Shown in pieces: positions 11,096 through 20,832 of a stretch of DNA of 64,000 nucleotides. The stretch is from Bryobacteraceae bacterium (GTDB taxonomy: Bacteria; Acidobacteriota; Terriglobia; Bryobacterales; Bryobacteraceae). The translations under genes and the position numbers were made by a program. The notes beneath the pieces were generated by a model, which worked only from the letters and a program-made list of their open reading frames with translations, made no database searches and was not told the DNA's origin. The stretch's first letter is position 1, and each line of letters opens with the position of its first letter. The stretch covers positions 80,497 to 144,496 of the forward strand of contig JBEBFS010000002.1 in NCBI GenBank assembly GCA_040081855.1, written 5' to 3'.

Positions 11096-12253
11096 CTACG
11101 GCAACAGCTCCACTACGCGGTCGATCTCCTCCGGTAGCAAATAAAAGTGGGGCGAGGTCCGCACCCAGCCGGCTCTCGGCGCGGTAATCACCCCGTTTTC
11201 CCGGAGCTTGGCGCAAATCGCAACGCTATCCACGCCGGTTTTGCGGATGCTGACGATACCCGCTCCGGTCTCGGGCGTTCGTTCGCCCAGCAACTCATAT
11301 CCTTTTGCACGCGCGCCGCTGGCAAGTTGATCGGCTAACGATTGCACCACGGGTGCGATCCGCTCCACTCCCGTCGCGAGCAGGAAATCGACGGACGCCC
11401 GCAGTCCGTAACAGCCGATCGTGTTCAACGTTCCGCACTCGTACTTCCGCGCATCGTTCCACGGCGTCAGGTCGCGGCTCGCATAATCGTTCGATGACGC
11501 GGCGTTGGTCCAGCCGAACTCGACGGGCTCCACTTGTTCCTGCAATCGACGCGAAATGTATAGCACGCCGCAGCCCTCAGGTCCCAGCATCCATTTGTGG
11601 CCATCGGCGGAGAGCGCGTCGATGTTCGCGGCTTGCACGTCCAGCGGAAACGCACCCAAGCCCTGGATCGCATCCACGAAAAAGATCGCGCCACGACGCC
11701 GGCAGATCTCGCCGATCTTAACCAAGTCCGCTCGATAGCCGGTGAGGAACTGCACGAAGCTGATTGCCAGCAAGCGCGCACCCTCAGCCGCTTCGTCGAT
11801 CTTATCCAAAGGATCGGTCACACGGAGCCACTGGATGCGCACGCCCTTAGCTTCCAATTTCCGCCACGGATATTGGTTGGCTGGGAACTCCTCCTCAAAG
11901 CACACGATCTTGTCGCCCGGTCGCCAATCGAGGCCCATCGCAAGGGTGGCGATCCCCTCCGACGTGTTCTTGACCAGCGCGATTTCCTCCGGCGTTCCGT
12001 TGACCAGCCTGGCGGCAGCGCGGCGCAAACCCTCGTATGTTTCCAACCACTTAGCGTAATGAAGCGAACCCCAATCGAGAGCATCCTGCGCCAGCCATTG
12101 CATGGCCTCGGCCGCAGGCCTGGAAAGAGGCGCGACGGCGGCGTGGTTCAGGTAAATCAATCGCTCCGTCACAGGGAAGTTCGGCCGAAGGTGCGCCAAC
12201 GGATTCTGTTCCATAAACTTAAGCGTAAACTTATTCGGGACCCGTACGTCCAA
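11096..12253 (-). CDS. class V aminotransferase / cysteine desulfurase-like PLP enzyme
   Basis: PLP-lysine motif SADGHKWMLGPEGCG. Overall class V fold sequence (YLNHAAVAPLS..., FVDAIQGLG). Alternative start at ATG 12214. Confidence 0.8.
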   Translation of the reverse strand: MDVRVPNKFTLKFMEQNPLAHLRPNFPVTERLIYLNHAAVAPLSRPAAEAMQWLAQDALDWGSLHYAKWLETYEGLRRAAARLVNGTPEEIALVKNTSEGIATLAMGLDWRPGDKIVCFEEEFPANQYPWRKLEAKGVRIQWLRVTDPLDKIDEAAEGARLLAISFVQFLTGYRADLVKIGEICRRRGAIFFVDAIQGLGAFPLDVQAANIDALSADGHKWMLGPEGCGVLYISRRLQEQVEPVEFGWTNAASSNDYASRDLTPWNDARKYECGTLNTIGCYGLRASVDFLLATGVERIAPVVQSLADQLASGARAKGYELLGERTPETGAGIVSIRKTGVDSVAICAKLRENGVITAPRAGWVRTSPHFYLLPEEIDRVVELLP

Positions 12254-12316
12254 CCCTTGTAAGGCGGCAGTGGTGTCGCTGAACGACTATACTCAGAGGT
12301 GAAGGGAGCCTAAAAC

Positions 12317-13339
12317 ATGTTTCGTCGTCTCGCGGCTCTTGCGGGGATACTTCTGTTGACCGTGCCGGTTTTCTCTGCGGACGAAAAGTCCACAGAGGCG
12401 AAGCCTGCCGAAAAAGAAAAGAAAGTCTCCAAGAAGAAGGATCCAGAAGAAATCGGCAATCGTGACGTCGGTAAAGGCGTTAACTTCTACTCGATTGAGA
12501 AGGAGATCGCGCTCGGCAAAGGCCTTGCGCAAGAAGTGGAGCGCCAGGCGAAAATCGTCGACGATCCGATCATCTCCGAATATGTGAACCGCGTCGGCCA
12601 GAACCTGGTGCGCAATTCGGACGCGAAGGTTCCCTTCACCATCAAAGTTGTGGACACCGAAGAGGTGAACGCTTTTGCCCTTCCCGGTGGCTTCTTCTTC
12701 GTTAACTCCGGCCTGATGATGAAAGCGGATTCGGAAGCGGAACTGGCTGGTGTCATGTCGCATGAAATCGCTCACGTCGCCGCCCGCCACGGTACGCGCC
12801 AAGCCACGCGCGGCAACATCGCGCAGTTGTCCACCATCCCATTGATCTTCCTCGGTGGCTGGACCGGCTATGGCATCCGACAGGCGGCGAGCGTCGCCAT
12901 CCCCGTGGGCTTCCTCACTTTCTCTCGTGGATTTGAGTCCGAAGCGGACCTGCTGGGCCTGCAGTACATGTACAAGAGCGGCTATGATCCGGGCGCGTTT
13001 GTTGACTTCTTCGAAAAGATTCAGTCTCTCGAAAAGAAGAAGCCTGGCACCATGTCGAAGATCTTCTCATCCCACCCGCCCACCGCGGACCGCATCGAGA
13101 ACGCGCAGAAGAACATCCAGGAATTGCTGAAGGAGCGCCCGGAATACGTGGTGACCACTTCGGAATTCAATGATGTCAAGGCGCGCCTGATGTCGCTGCA
13201 GGTGCGGCGCAAGAACGACAACCAGGACCTGAATCGTCCCACGCTGCGCAAGGCCCCGGGTGCTGGTACCAGCGGAGATAAGGACGATAAGAAAGCCGAC
13301 GAAGACGACCGCCCGACCCTCAAGCGCCGCACGGACTAA
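12317..13339 (+). CDS. secreted M48-family zinc metalloprotease
   Basis: Signal peptide, HEIAH zinc motif (MSHEIAHVAARH), downstream FSRGFESEAD, lysine/aspartate-rich tail. Confidence 0.85.
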   Translation: MFRRLAALAGILLLTVPVFSADEKSTEAKPAEKEKKVSKKKDPEEIGNRDVGKGVNFYSIEKEIALGKGLAQEVERQAKIVDDPIISEYVNRVGQNLVRNSDAKVPFTIKVVDTEEVNAFALPGGFFFVNSGLMMKADSEAELAGVMSHEIAHVAARHGTRQATRGNIAQLSTIPLIFLGGWTGYGIRQAASVAIPVGFLTFSRGFESEADLLGLQYMYKSGYDPGAFVDFFEKIQSLEKKKPGTMSKIFSSHPPTADRIENAQKNIQELLKERPEYVVTTSEFNDVKARLMSLQVRRKNDNQDLNRPTLRKAPGAGTSGDKDDKKADEDDRPTLKRRTD

Positions 13340-13363
13340 CGAACAGTTTCTCCCTAAAACAAA

Positions 13364-13400
13364 AGCCCACGGATTTCGGTCCCTGGGCTTTTCGTTTTTT
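13364..13400 (+). terminator. probable rho-independent terminator after the M48 protease gene
   Basis: AGCCCA...TGGGCT stem followed by TTTCGTTTTTT. Sits between convergent genes. Confidence 0.5.
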
Positions 13401-13423
13401 GATGAGGGGCTATCCGCCAGAGA

Positions 13424-13801
13424 CTAACGAGCCTTTAGCAGATCGCGGATCTCGGTGAGCAACACCACGTCGGCCGGAGGCGGCGGAGGCTCAACTGGCG
13501 CCGCGGCAGGAGCCCGCTTGTTCAGTCTTTCCATCAACGCCTGGAACGGCTTCACGATCACGAAATAAACGACGCCTGCCTTGATGAGGAAGGAAATTAC
13601 TGCGTTGATGAATGCGCCGATGCCAAGCGGTCCCGCCTTAATCGCTGAGAAATCCGGTTGGCCTCCGGCCGCGCCGATGATCGGGGTGATGATGTCTTTC
13701 GTCATCGAATCGACAATGCCTCCGAAAGCGGCGCCGATGATTACGCCAACCGCCAGGTCAACCACGTTCCCCCGCAGTACAAAGTCTTTGAATCCAGCCA
13801 T
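13424..13801 (-). CDS. mscL: large-conductance mechanosensitive channel
   Basis: MAGFKDFVLRGNVVDLAVGVIIGAAFGGIVDS... is a canonical MscL N-terminus. Internal ATG at 13801 chosen. Confidence 0.9.
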   Translation of the reverse strand: MAGFKDFVLRGNVVDLAVGVIIGAAFGGIVDSMTKDIITPIIGAAGGQPDFSAIKAGPLGIGAFINAVISFLIKAGVVYFVIVKPFQALMERLNKRAPAAAPVEPPPPPADVVLLTEIRDLLKAR

Positions 13802-13949
13802 AAGTCCTCCAAGTCTTCGAATTACCCATATTTGCAGGCAATGTGTTTGGAAGTGTACTACAACACGCAATTCGGACGCTGGCAATTCCCGGGCTATCCG
13901 CCGCCGGAAGATTCACTCCCGTTCCCCCTCCTGCTACGATGGGCGTGTT

Positions 13950-14258
13950 ATGGCGAAGTCCCCGCAATTGATCTCCGTCGAGTGCCCTTGCTGTCAGGCC
14001 ACGCTGCACATCGATCCGCAAACGAAAGCCGTGATCCGTTCCGAAGAACACGTCAAGCCGCCTTCCATCGCCGACCTGGAAGCCGGCGTTGCGAAACTAC
14101 GCAGCGAGGTGGCGCGGCGCGAAGAAGTGTTCCAGAAATCAGTGGAAAACCACAAGAGTCATGCCGACGTCCTCAATAAGAAGTTTGACGAGATGTTGCG
14201 GTTGGCAAAAGAGAATCCGGACGCTCCGCCGCCAAAACGGGATATTGATTTCGATTAG
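13950..14258 (+). CDS. hypothetical small protein (CPCC motif followed by charged coiled-coil)
   Basis: 102-aa ORF MAKSPQLISVECPCCQATLHIDPQTKAV... with a protein-like charged helical tail. The upstream part of the 13581 ORF is antisense to mscL. Confidence 0.5.
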   Translation: MAKSPQLISVECPCCQATLHIDPQTKAVIRSEEHVKPPSIADLEAGVAKLRSEVARREEVFQKSVENHKSHADVLNKKFDEMLRLAKENPDAPPPKRDIDFD

Positions 14259-14333
14259 TTGCGGGATTCGCTACCGTATTCTTCACGGGACCCGGGGTCC
14301 CGTGCGCGGACGGTCCGCCCCACTCCATCACCA

Positions 14334-15041
14334 ATGAGCACAAAGAAAGCGTTCACGAACACTTCCATCGCAGCTGCGCCAGTGGCCAAGCCGAAAAACG
14401 CGGCCGAGCGCCAGGCGCGCGTCACGGCCATTCTCAAGAAACTCGATGAGATGTATCCGAACGTGACCTGCGCACTGAATCATTCCAACCCGTGGGAATT
14501 GCTGGTCGCCACTATACTTTCGGCGCAGTGTACCGATAAGCGCGTGAACGAGGTCACCCCTGGACTGTTCCGCAAGTATCCGACCATCCGCGATTTCGCG
14601 AATGCAAGCCAGGAAGAGATGGCGCGGGATATCCGCTCGACCGGGTTCTTCAACAACAAGGCGAAGTCCGTGATTGGCGCCGCGCGAAAGATCCTCGGCG
14701 ATTTCGGCGGAGAGATACCGCGCGGTATCGATCAGCTTCTGACCGTGCCCGGAGCCGCGCGCAAGACCGCCAACGTCGTGCTGGGAACGGCATTCGGCAT
14801 CGCCTCCGGCGTGGTGGTGGATACGCACGTTCTGCGCATCTCAAACCGCCTGGATCTAACCAGGGAAAGCGATCCCAAGAAGATCGAACAAGACCTGATG
14901 AAGATTATTCCAAAGGACAGATGGATTCTCTTGTCACACCAGATCATCCACCTTGGCCGCGGCCCTTGCTCCGCCCGTAGTCCGAAGTGCGGGGAGTGCC
15001 AGCTGAATCCACTCTGTTATTCCAAAGACAAACGCGCCTGA
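14334..15041 (+). CDS. nth: endonuclease III (DNA glycosylase/AP lyase)
   Basis: LVATILSAQCTDKRVN, HhH-GPD VPGAARKTANVVLG, Fe-S motif C-x6-C-x2-C-x5-C (CSARSPKCGECQLNPLC). Confidence 0.9.
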   Translation: MSTKKAFTNTSIAAAPVAKPKNAAERQARVTAILKKLDEMYPNVTCALNHSNPWELLVATILSAQCTDKRVNEVTPGLFRKYPTIRDFANASQEEMARDIRSTGFFNNKAKSVIGAARKILGDFGGEIPRGIDQLLTVPGAARKTANVVLGTAFGIASGVVVDTHVLRISNRLDLTRESDPKKIEQDLMKIIPKDRWILLSHQIIHLGRGPCSARSPKCGECQLNPLCYSKDKRA

Positions 15042-15193
15042 CTCGGCAACGTGAGGCAGGATTGTCCTCTTGCGCTGGGTTTACAACCCCGCATCTCCCC
15101 CATTCAAACCCGGCGGGAGGACTTACTTACCCCACAAGTAAAATAGCCGGGAGAACGCCTCTCCGCTTCCACGGAAAGAAGTCATCCCGGCTG

Positions 15194-15231
15194 AAAAAAA
15201 CCTGGAGCGCCGAAACTAGCGGATCGGCGCT
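15194..15231 (-). terminator. probable rho-independent terminator of the response-regulator gene
   Basis: On the minus strand: AGCGCCGA-tccgctagtt-TCGGCGCT (contains the TAG stop), then ccagg-TTTTTTT. Confidence 0.45.
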
Positions 15232-15977
15232 TCGCCGTTGAGGTGCAGACCTTTGTGAATCGCGTACAGCGCAAGCTCCAGGCGATCCGAAACGCCCAGC
15301 TTGTCGAAGATGTTGTGCAGGTGGTTCTTCACGGTCTGCTCGCTGATGAACATCTTCTCGGCCATCTCTTTGTTCTTGTAGCCCTGCGCCACCAGCGCAA
15401 CGATCTCGCGCTCGCGCGTGGAAAGTGGACTACGTTCGCGCCCTTTGGCTCCGTTCGTCGACGAGCCGCTCTCCATGCCCGTGGAGAATTGGCGCATCAC
15501 CGCGGCAGTCGTGTGTGAATCCAGCCAAATTTCGCCCGAGTTCACCTTCCGAATGCTCTTGACGATCAAATCCGGCGCCGTCTGCTTCAGCACAATCCCG
15601 CTGCAGCCCAGCTTCATCGCCTGCACGAATTCGTTTTTGTCTTCCGAGGCCGTCAGCACGATGACGCGCGTCCGCTTGTTGATCTGCGGCAGAGCCTGCA
15701 GAGCGGCCAAGCCATCCAAATTGGGCATGCGAAGATCCAACAGCAGCACGTCGGGATCCAGTTCGCGCACCTTGTCCAGGACCTCGCGGCCGTCCGACGC
15801 TTCGCCGACGACTTCCAGATCGTCCTCCAGCGTCAGCAGCTTTTTCAAGCCGTCACGAACGATGGGATGGTCATCGGCGATCACCAACCGGATCGTATTT
15901 CTTTTCGTTTCCTTGCCCGCTTCTCGCGTTTCCGCTCCGTCGTTCATAGGCGATACCATAGTCTCGGTCAGCTCCAC
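15216..15977 (-). CDS. NarL/FixJ (LuxR-type HTH) family response regulator
   Basis: Receiver IRLVIADDHP...LLLDLRMPNLDG...VLTA. C-terminal LuxR HTH LSTREREIVALVAQGYKNKEMAEKMFISEQTVKNHLHNIFDKLGV. Confidence 0.9.
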   Translation of the reverse strand: MELTETMVSPMNDGAETREAGKETKRNTIRLVIADDHPIVRDGLKKLLTLEDDLEVVGEASDGREVLDKVRELDPDVLLLDLRMPNLDGLAALQALPQINKRTRVIVLTASEDKNEFVQAMKLGCSGIVLKQTAPDLIVKSIRKVNSGEIWLDSHTTAAVMRQFSTGMESGSSTNGAKGRERSPLSTREREIVALVAQGYKNKEMAEKMFISEQTVKNHLHNIFDKLGVSDRLELALYAIHKGLHLNGEAPIR

Positions 15978-16066
15978 GTCTTTTCTCCCGTACCGATGAT
16001 ATGCGGTTCTAGTACTTCCAACAATTCAAGGGCCCCTCCAGTTTGCTGTCGCGAAAATACTTAATT

Positions 16067-16128
16067 CCTTACTAAGGTCGCCTTAGGGACTAACTGAGGC
16101 GAAGGTCCATTACCCTCCGCTCCTAAGG
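16067..16128. promoter_or_regulatory. three CCTWAGG-type palindromic motifs in the divergent promoter region
   Basis: CCTTAcTAAGG (16067..16077), CCTTAGG (16081..16087), CCTAAGG (16122..16128). They lie between the LuxR-type regulator gene and the FAD oxidoreductase gene. Confidence 0.3.
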
Positions 16129-16199
16129 CGTGCGGGGGAGTTCCAGAAATCACCAAAAGGGCGGCTTCGGCGCGATTTTTCTGCAAGCGGCTGTATATC

Positions 16200-17426
16200 A
16201 TGAAGATGCAGGGACTCGAAACAGGGGCGAAACACAGAGCGATGCGCAACATACCGGATTCCGAAGTCTTGATCGTGGGTGGCGGACCTGCCGGGCTCTC
16301 GGCTGCAGCGGCCATCGCCCGCCGCGGCCACGAGGCCCTTGTGCTGGAACAGAATCACGAGATTGGATCGCCCATTCGCACCAGCGGCGGCAGTTTTATC
16401 GATGAACTCGTGGCCCTCGACATTCCCCCGCACCTTTATCACCCGGTCTCCCGCGTGCGCTTTCTTTCGCCAAACAACGAAGCGCGATTCAATTACGATC
16501 AGCCCAAGCTGTGCGTGATGGACGTCCGTGGCGTATTCCAGCATCTGGCTATGCGGGCCGTGGACGCAGGAGCCCGCATCCGTACAAACACTCGCGTTGC
16601 CGGTCCCATCATGGAAGACAATGCCGTGAAGGGTGTTCGCATTGGAGACGAATCCATTCGCAGCAGCGTGGTCATCGACGCCACCGGATATCGGGCGTCG
16701 ATTCTCAGACAAGCCGGCCTCGATCCGGGCATCCAGCGTTTCGGCGTGGGAGCCGAATACGATTTCTACGCCCCCTATTGCGACGAATCCGAAGTGTTGC
16801 TTTTCGGTGGAAGCGAACTGGCTCCGGCGGGTTACGCATGGGTGTTCCCTTGGGGACGCAAACGTGTCCGCGTGGGTGTCGGCATCATTCATCCCGATTC
16901 GAAAGCGAAGCCGGAGGAGTACCTCGATTATCTTGTCGATAACCTCGGCCGCTTCGGCGTCAACATGAAAGGCGCGCAGCCCATGGAACATCACTTTGGG
17001 TTAATTCCGTCCGAGTGCTTCGCGGCACGGTACGCTGGCGATGGAATTGTCGGCGCTGGCGATGCAGCCGGGCACGCTTCGTCACTGGTGGGAGAAGGAA
17101 TTCGCTGGGCAATTCATGCGGGAAGGATGGCCGGCGACGTGGTTTCGAGCGCACTGGAGCGCAACGATGTCTCGCGTGAGGCGCTTTCGGAGTTCGAAAA
17201 AAAGTGGGAAAAGCTTTACGGTCGTGATCTGCGCGTGGCACATAAACTCAACCAGCGCATGGCTCGCTGGGACGACCGCAAATGGGACGAACGAATGGAA
17301 ATCGTGAAGCTTTTGACGCCTCATCAGTTCATCGAAGCGCTGAAAACGAACCTGACCGGTGGGTGGCTGCTGCGTTTTCTGGCAACGCATCCAAAGACCT
17401 TGGCCGAAGCGGCCGGAATACTGTAA
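16200..17426 (+). CDS. geranylgeranyl reductase-family FAD-dependent oxidoreductase
   Basis: Dinucleotide fold VLIVGGGPAGLSAAAAIARRG, GDAAGHASSLVGEGIRWAIHAG motif, about 400 aa. Alternative start at ATG 16242. Confidence 0.8.
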   Translation: MKMQGLETGAKHRAMRNIPDSEVLIVGGGPAGLSAAAAIARRGHEALVLEQNHEIGSPIRTSGGSFIDELVALDIPPHLYHPVSRVRFLSPNNEARFNYDQPKLCVMDVRGVFQHLAMRAVDAGARIRTNTRVAGPIMEDNAVKGVRIGDESIRSSVVIDATGYRASILRQAGLDPGIQRFGVGAEYDFYAPYCDESEVLLFGGSELAPAGYAWVFPWGRKRVRVGVGIIHPDSKAKPEEYLDYLVDNLGRFGVNMKGAQPMEHHFGLIPSECFAARYAGDGIVGAGDAAGHASSLVGEGIRWAIHAGRMAGDVVSSALERNDVSREALSEFEKKWEKLYGRDLRVAHKLNQRMARWDDRKWDERMEIVKLLTPHQFIEALKTNLTGGWLLRFLATHPKTLAEAAGIL

Positions 17427-17470
17427 CCTCGCGAGTTGCCTTCCTGCGGCGAACGTGTGAGGCTAATCAA

Positions 17471-18148
17471 GTGTTCATCGGCCACATGGCGGTTGGCTTC
17501 GCCTCCAAGCGCGCTGCACCTGAAACCAGCCTCGGTGTGTTGATGGCCGCGGCCATCGCCCTCGATCTGCTGTGGCCCATTTTCCTGGTGATGGGTTTGG
17601 AGAAGGTCCGCATCGATCCGGGCAACACCGCCTTCACGCCGCTCGATTTCATTTCCTACCCGTACTCCCACAGCTTGACGATGTCCGCGCTCTGGGGAGC
17701 GATCTTCGGATTCGCCTACTGGACCTTCACCCGCTATGCGCGCGGTGCGGTGGTTGTAAGTCTTTCCGTCATCAGTCATTGGGTTTTGGACGCCGTGACG
17801 CACCGGCCAGACATGCCGCTGACCCTAACGGGACCAATCAAAGTTGGTCTCGGCTTGTGGAACTCCGTCTCGGTGACAATGACACTCGAAGCTGTTCTTT
17901 TTGCGGGAAGTATTTGGTTATACAACCACATCACGGAGCCGAATGACCGCATCGGCCGTAACGCCTTCTGGGCTTTTGTCGGCTTCGCCATCGTCAGCTA
18001 TTTATCGAACATCTTCGGTCCGCCGCCACCGAGCGAAGACTTCCTGGCGAAGTTCGCCTTTAGTATTTGGATCTTCGTCGTGTGGGCATGGTGGCTTGAC
18101 GGGCACAGAACGGTGCGCGTGCATGATCTCCCATCTGAAATCGAATGA
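17471..18148 (+). CDS. polytopic membrane protein, metal-dependent hydrolase-like (YdjM/DUF457-like)
   Basis: GTG start gives (M)FIGHMAVGFASK..., typical of this family. Conserved His residues (YPYSHS, SHWVLDAVTHRPDMP). About 6 TM helices. Confidence 0.55.
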   Translation: MFIGHMAVGFASKRAAPETSLGVLMAAAIALDLLWPIFLVMGLEKVRIDPGNTAFTPLDFISYPYSHSLTMSALWGAIFGFAYWTFTRYARGAVVVSLSVISHWVLDAVTHRPDMPLTLTGPIKVGLGLWNSVSVTMTLEAVLFAGSIWLYNHITEPNDRIGRNAFWAFVGFAIVSYLSNIFGPPPPSEDFLAKFAFSIWIFVVWAWWLDGHRTVRVHDLPSEIE

Positions 18149-18479
18149 AGTCTTTGTTTTTGGTTCCAACCTCGGCGGACGCCACGCCGGCGGCGCCGCC
18201 CGGTTAGCGGCAGAACGGTTCGGCGCCGAAGAGGGAGTCGGCGAAGGCCTGACGGGACAAAGTTATGCGTTTCCAACATTGACCGCGAACTTCGAAATGG
18301 TGGCGGTGGAAGCGCTCGAAGCCAGCCGGGACCGTTTCTTCGCCACGGCGCGCGCGCATCCCGAGAAAACGTTCCTGCTCACGAAAGTCGGCTGCGGCAT
18401 CGCGGGATTTCGCGAAGAGCAGATTCGCCCTGTGTTCCAGAATGCGCCGGAGAATGTGGTGCTACCGGAGGGTTGGTGA
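18123..18479 (+). CDS. conserved hypothetical protein (A1S_2505-like, phage-associated family)
   Basis: MISHLKSNEVFVFGSNLGGRHAGGAA...GLTGQSYAFPT...KVGCGIAGF motif set. Overlaps the upstream gene by 26 nt. Confidence 0.5.
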   Translation: MISHLKSNEVFVFGSNLGGRHAGGAARLAAERFGAEEGVGEGLTGQSYAFPTLTANFEMVAVEALEASRDRFFATARAHPEKTFLLTKVGCGIAGFREEQIRPVFQNAPENVVLPEGW

Positions 18480-18536
18480 GGAAACTACGAGACAAAATGT
18501 GAGATTTTGTCGGCTGGATCCGCACTCACGAGAGAG

Positions 18537-18728
18537 ATGCCTCTCAAAGTGCGCGACGTGATTCGTTTACTTGAGCAAAACGGTTGGCGGGAAATCCGAA
18601 CTCGCGGGAGTCATCGCCACTTCAAGCATCCGACCAAAGCAGAACTGGTCACAGTTCCGGGTGCCGAAGGCAGGGAACTGGCCGTCGGAACGCTGAACGC
18701 TATACTAAAGAAGGCAGGTTTAAGATGA
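18537..18728 (+). CDS. hicA: type II toxin HicA (mRNA interferase)
   Basis: MPLKVRDVIRLLEQNGWREIRTRGSHRHFKHP...VPG...LAVGTLNAILKKAGL is a canonical HicA/YcfA sequence. Confidence 0.85.
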   Translation: MPLKVRDVIRLLEQNGWREIRTRGSHRHFKHPTKAELVTVPGAEGRELAVGTLNAILKKAGLR

Positions 18729-18946
18729 TTCAGCATCGTTATCCGGTTATCATCGAGCGCACAGAAACTGGCTTTTCGGCCTACTCGCCGGACGTTGCCG
18801 GCTGCGCCGCGGTGGGCGAAACGGAAGAAGAAACGCGCGTTCATTTCCGGGATGCGTTAATCGATCACTTCGAGGCCATGCGCGAAATTGGCGAGCCGAT
18901 CCCCGAGCCGCATTCCTCCGTTGACTACGTGGAAGTGGCCGCCTAA
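18725..18946 (+). CDS. hicB: type II antitoxin HicB
   Basis: MIQHRYPVIIERTETGFSAYSPDVAGCAAVGETEEE... is a HicB N-terminal fold. The ATGA overlaps the hicA stop. Confidence 0.8.
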   Translation: MIQHRYPVIIERTETGFSAYSPDVAGCAAVGETEEETRVHFRDALIDHFEAMREIGEPIPEPHSSVDYVEVAA

Positions 18947-18959
18947 CACGCTGCGGACG

Positions 18960-20327
18960 CTACTTCTTCTCCGCCAATATCCCCGAACGAATCAGGAAGC
19001 CCGTGTCGATCTTCCCCGCGACAAAATCCGGGTGATCGAGAATCTTCTGATGCAGCGGGATCGACGTGTAGATACCTTCCACCACGAACATTTCGAGCGC
19101 GCGCTTCATTCGGGCGATCGCTTCATTGCGGTCGGCGCCATAAGCGATCAGCTTGGCCACCAGCGAATCGTAATACGGCGGAATCACTCCGTCCTGATAT
19201 GCAGCGGTATCCACGCGGATGCCCACGCCGCCAGGAATATTGAAACCGGTGATGCGGCCCGGTGACGGTACCAGGCTTTCGGGATGCTCCGCGTTGATGC
19301 GGCATTCCAGCGCATGGCCACGGATTTCGATTTGCTTGTCCTTGGGCAGTTTCAGGATATCCGTAAGCTTCTCGCCCGCTGCGATGCGAATCTGGCTCTT
19401 CACCAGATCGACGCCCGTCACCATTTCGGTGACTGGATGTTCCACCTGAATACGCGCGTTCACTTCGATGAAGTAAAGGTTTCCGTGCGGGTCCATCAGG
19501 AATTCCACCGTGCCCGCGTTGGTGTAGCCAATCGCCTTCAACGCCACCTTTAGGGAATCCGAGATCCGCTTGCGCAGCTCCGGTGTCACAGCCACCGAAG
19601 GCGATTCTTCAATCAGCTTCTGGTGACGGCGCTGAATGGAGCATTCGCGCTCACCCAGAATCTCGACATTGCCGTGCTCGTCGGCCAGTACCTGGAATTC
19701 GATGTGCCGGGGATTATCGACCAGCTTTTCCATGTACATGTCGCCGTTCGAAAACGCAGCGGCAGCTTCACCCGATGCCTGCGTAAATAACGATGGCAGT
19801 TCCGCGGCTGAGCGCACCACGCGCATGCCGCGCCCGCCTCCGCCCGCCGATGCCTTCAGCATGATCGGATAACCGATCTTTTCGGCAAGCTCCAGCGCCT
19901 CTTCGGGCCCGGAAAGCACACCCTTCGATCCCGGCAGAATCGGCACACCGGCTTCTTCCATAGCCGTGCGCGCCACCTGCTTCAAACCCATCCGCCGGAT
20001 CACTTCGGGCTTCGGGCCGATGAAGCGCAAGTGTGACATTTCGCAGACTTCGGCAAACTCGGCATTTTCGGAAAGAAATCCGTAGCCAGGATGCACCGCA
20101 TCCGCGTTGGTTATTTCCGCGGCGCTAATAACGGAAGGAATATCCAGATAGCTGCGGGCGCTTTTCGCCGGGCCAATGCAAACGGCCTCGTCGGCAAAAC
20201 GGGCGTGCAGACTGTGGCGGTCGGCTTCGGAATAGACCGCGACACTCTTGATGCCCAGGTCTTTGCAGGCGCAGATCACACGCAGGGCGATCTCGCCGCG
20301 ATTCGCAATGAGTACTTTTTCAAACAT
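18960..20327 (-). CDS. accC: acetyl-CoA carboxylase, biotin carboxylase subunit
   Basis: [17 protein letters not shown]..., ATP-grasp [24 protein letters not shown]. Confidence 0.95.
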   Translation of the reverse strand: MFEKVLIANRGEIALRVICACKDLGIKSVAVYSEADRHSLHARFADEAVCIGPAKSARSYLDIPSVISAAEITNADAVHPGYGFLSENAEFAEVCEMSHLRFIGPKPEVIRRMGLKQVARTAMEEAGVPILPGSKGVLSGPEEALELAEKIGYPIMLKASAGGGGRGMRVVRSAAELPSLFTQASGEAAAAFSNGDMYMEKLVDNPRHIEFQVLADEHGNVEILGERECSIQRRHQKLIEESPSVAVTPELRKRISDSLKVALKAIGYTNAGTVEFLMDPHGNLYFIEVNARIQVEHPVTEMVTGVDLVKSQIRIAAGEKLTDILKLPKDKQIEIRGHALECRINAEHPESLVPSPGRITGFNIPGGVGIRVDTAAYQDGVIPPYYDSLVAKLIAYGADRNEAIARMKRALEMFVVEGIYTSIPLHQKILDHPDFVAGKIDTGFLIRSGILAEKK

Positions 20328-20348
20328 GTCGCGCGATTGTCCTGAAGC

Positions 20349-20810
20349 CTATCGCGCGCGAATGGAGAAGAGCGCCTCGCCGTACTCGACGGGACGGCCG
20401 TTCTCCACCAGCCTGCCGGTGACGACGCCGCCGACTTCAGCCTCAATTTCATTCATCAGCTTCATCGATTCGATGATGCACAGCACCTGGCCCGGTTCCA
20501 CGCGGTCGCCGACCTTGACGAACGATGCTGTTCCAGGTGCGGGCGATTCATAGAAGGTGCCAACGATGGGCGATTTCACAATCGTCTCATTTGGATCCGC
20601 AGCCGCCGGTTTCACGGGGGCAGCATACACCGCAGGAGCCGGCGCCTGTGCCGGTGCGGCCGCAACGGCAGGTGCCGCGCCAACCACCATGTCCTGGCCC
20701 AATATCGCGCGGCGCAACCGAAGGCGGTTCTCTCCGCGCTGCACTTCCATCTCGGCGACGTTGCTCTCGTTGAAGATCGCCATTAACTCTTTGATTTCTT
20801 CGTTAGTCAT
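20349..20810 (-). CDS. accB: acetyl-CoA carboxylase biotin carboxyl carrier protein
   Basis: Ala/Pro linker and biotinyl-lysine motif IIESMKLMNEIEAE. Immediately upstream of accC. Confidence 0.9.
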   Translation of the reverse strand: MTNEEIKELMAIFNESNVAEMEVQRGENRLRLRRAILGQDMVVGAAPAVAAAPAQAPAPAVYAAPVKPAAADPNETIVKSPIVGTFYESPAPGTASFVKVGDRVEPGQVLCIIESMKLMNEIEAEVGGVVTGRLVENGRPVEYGEALFSIRAR

Positions 20811-20832
20811 TGAGAAATATTTCGTGAAACGC

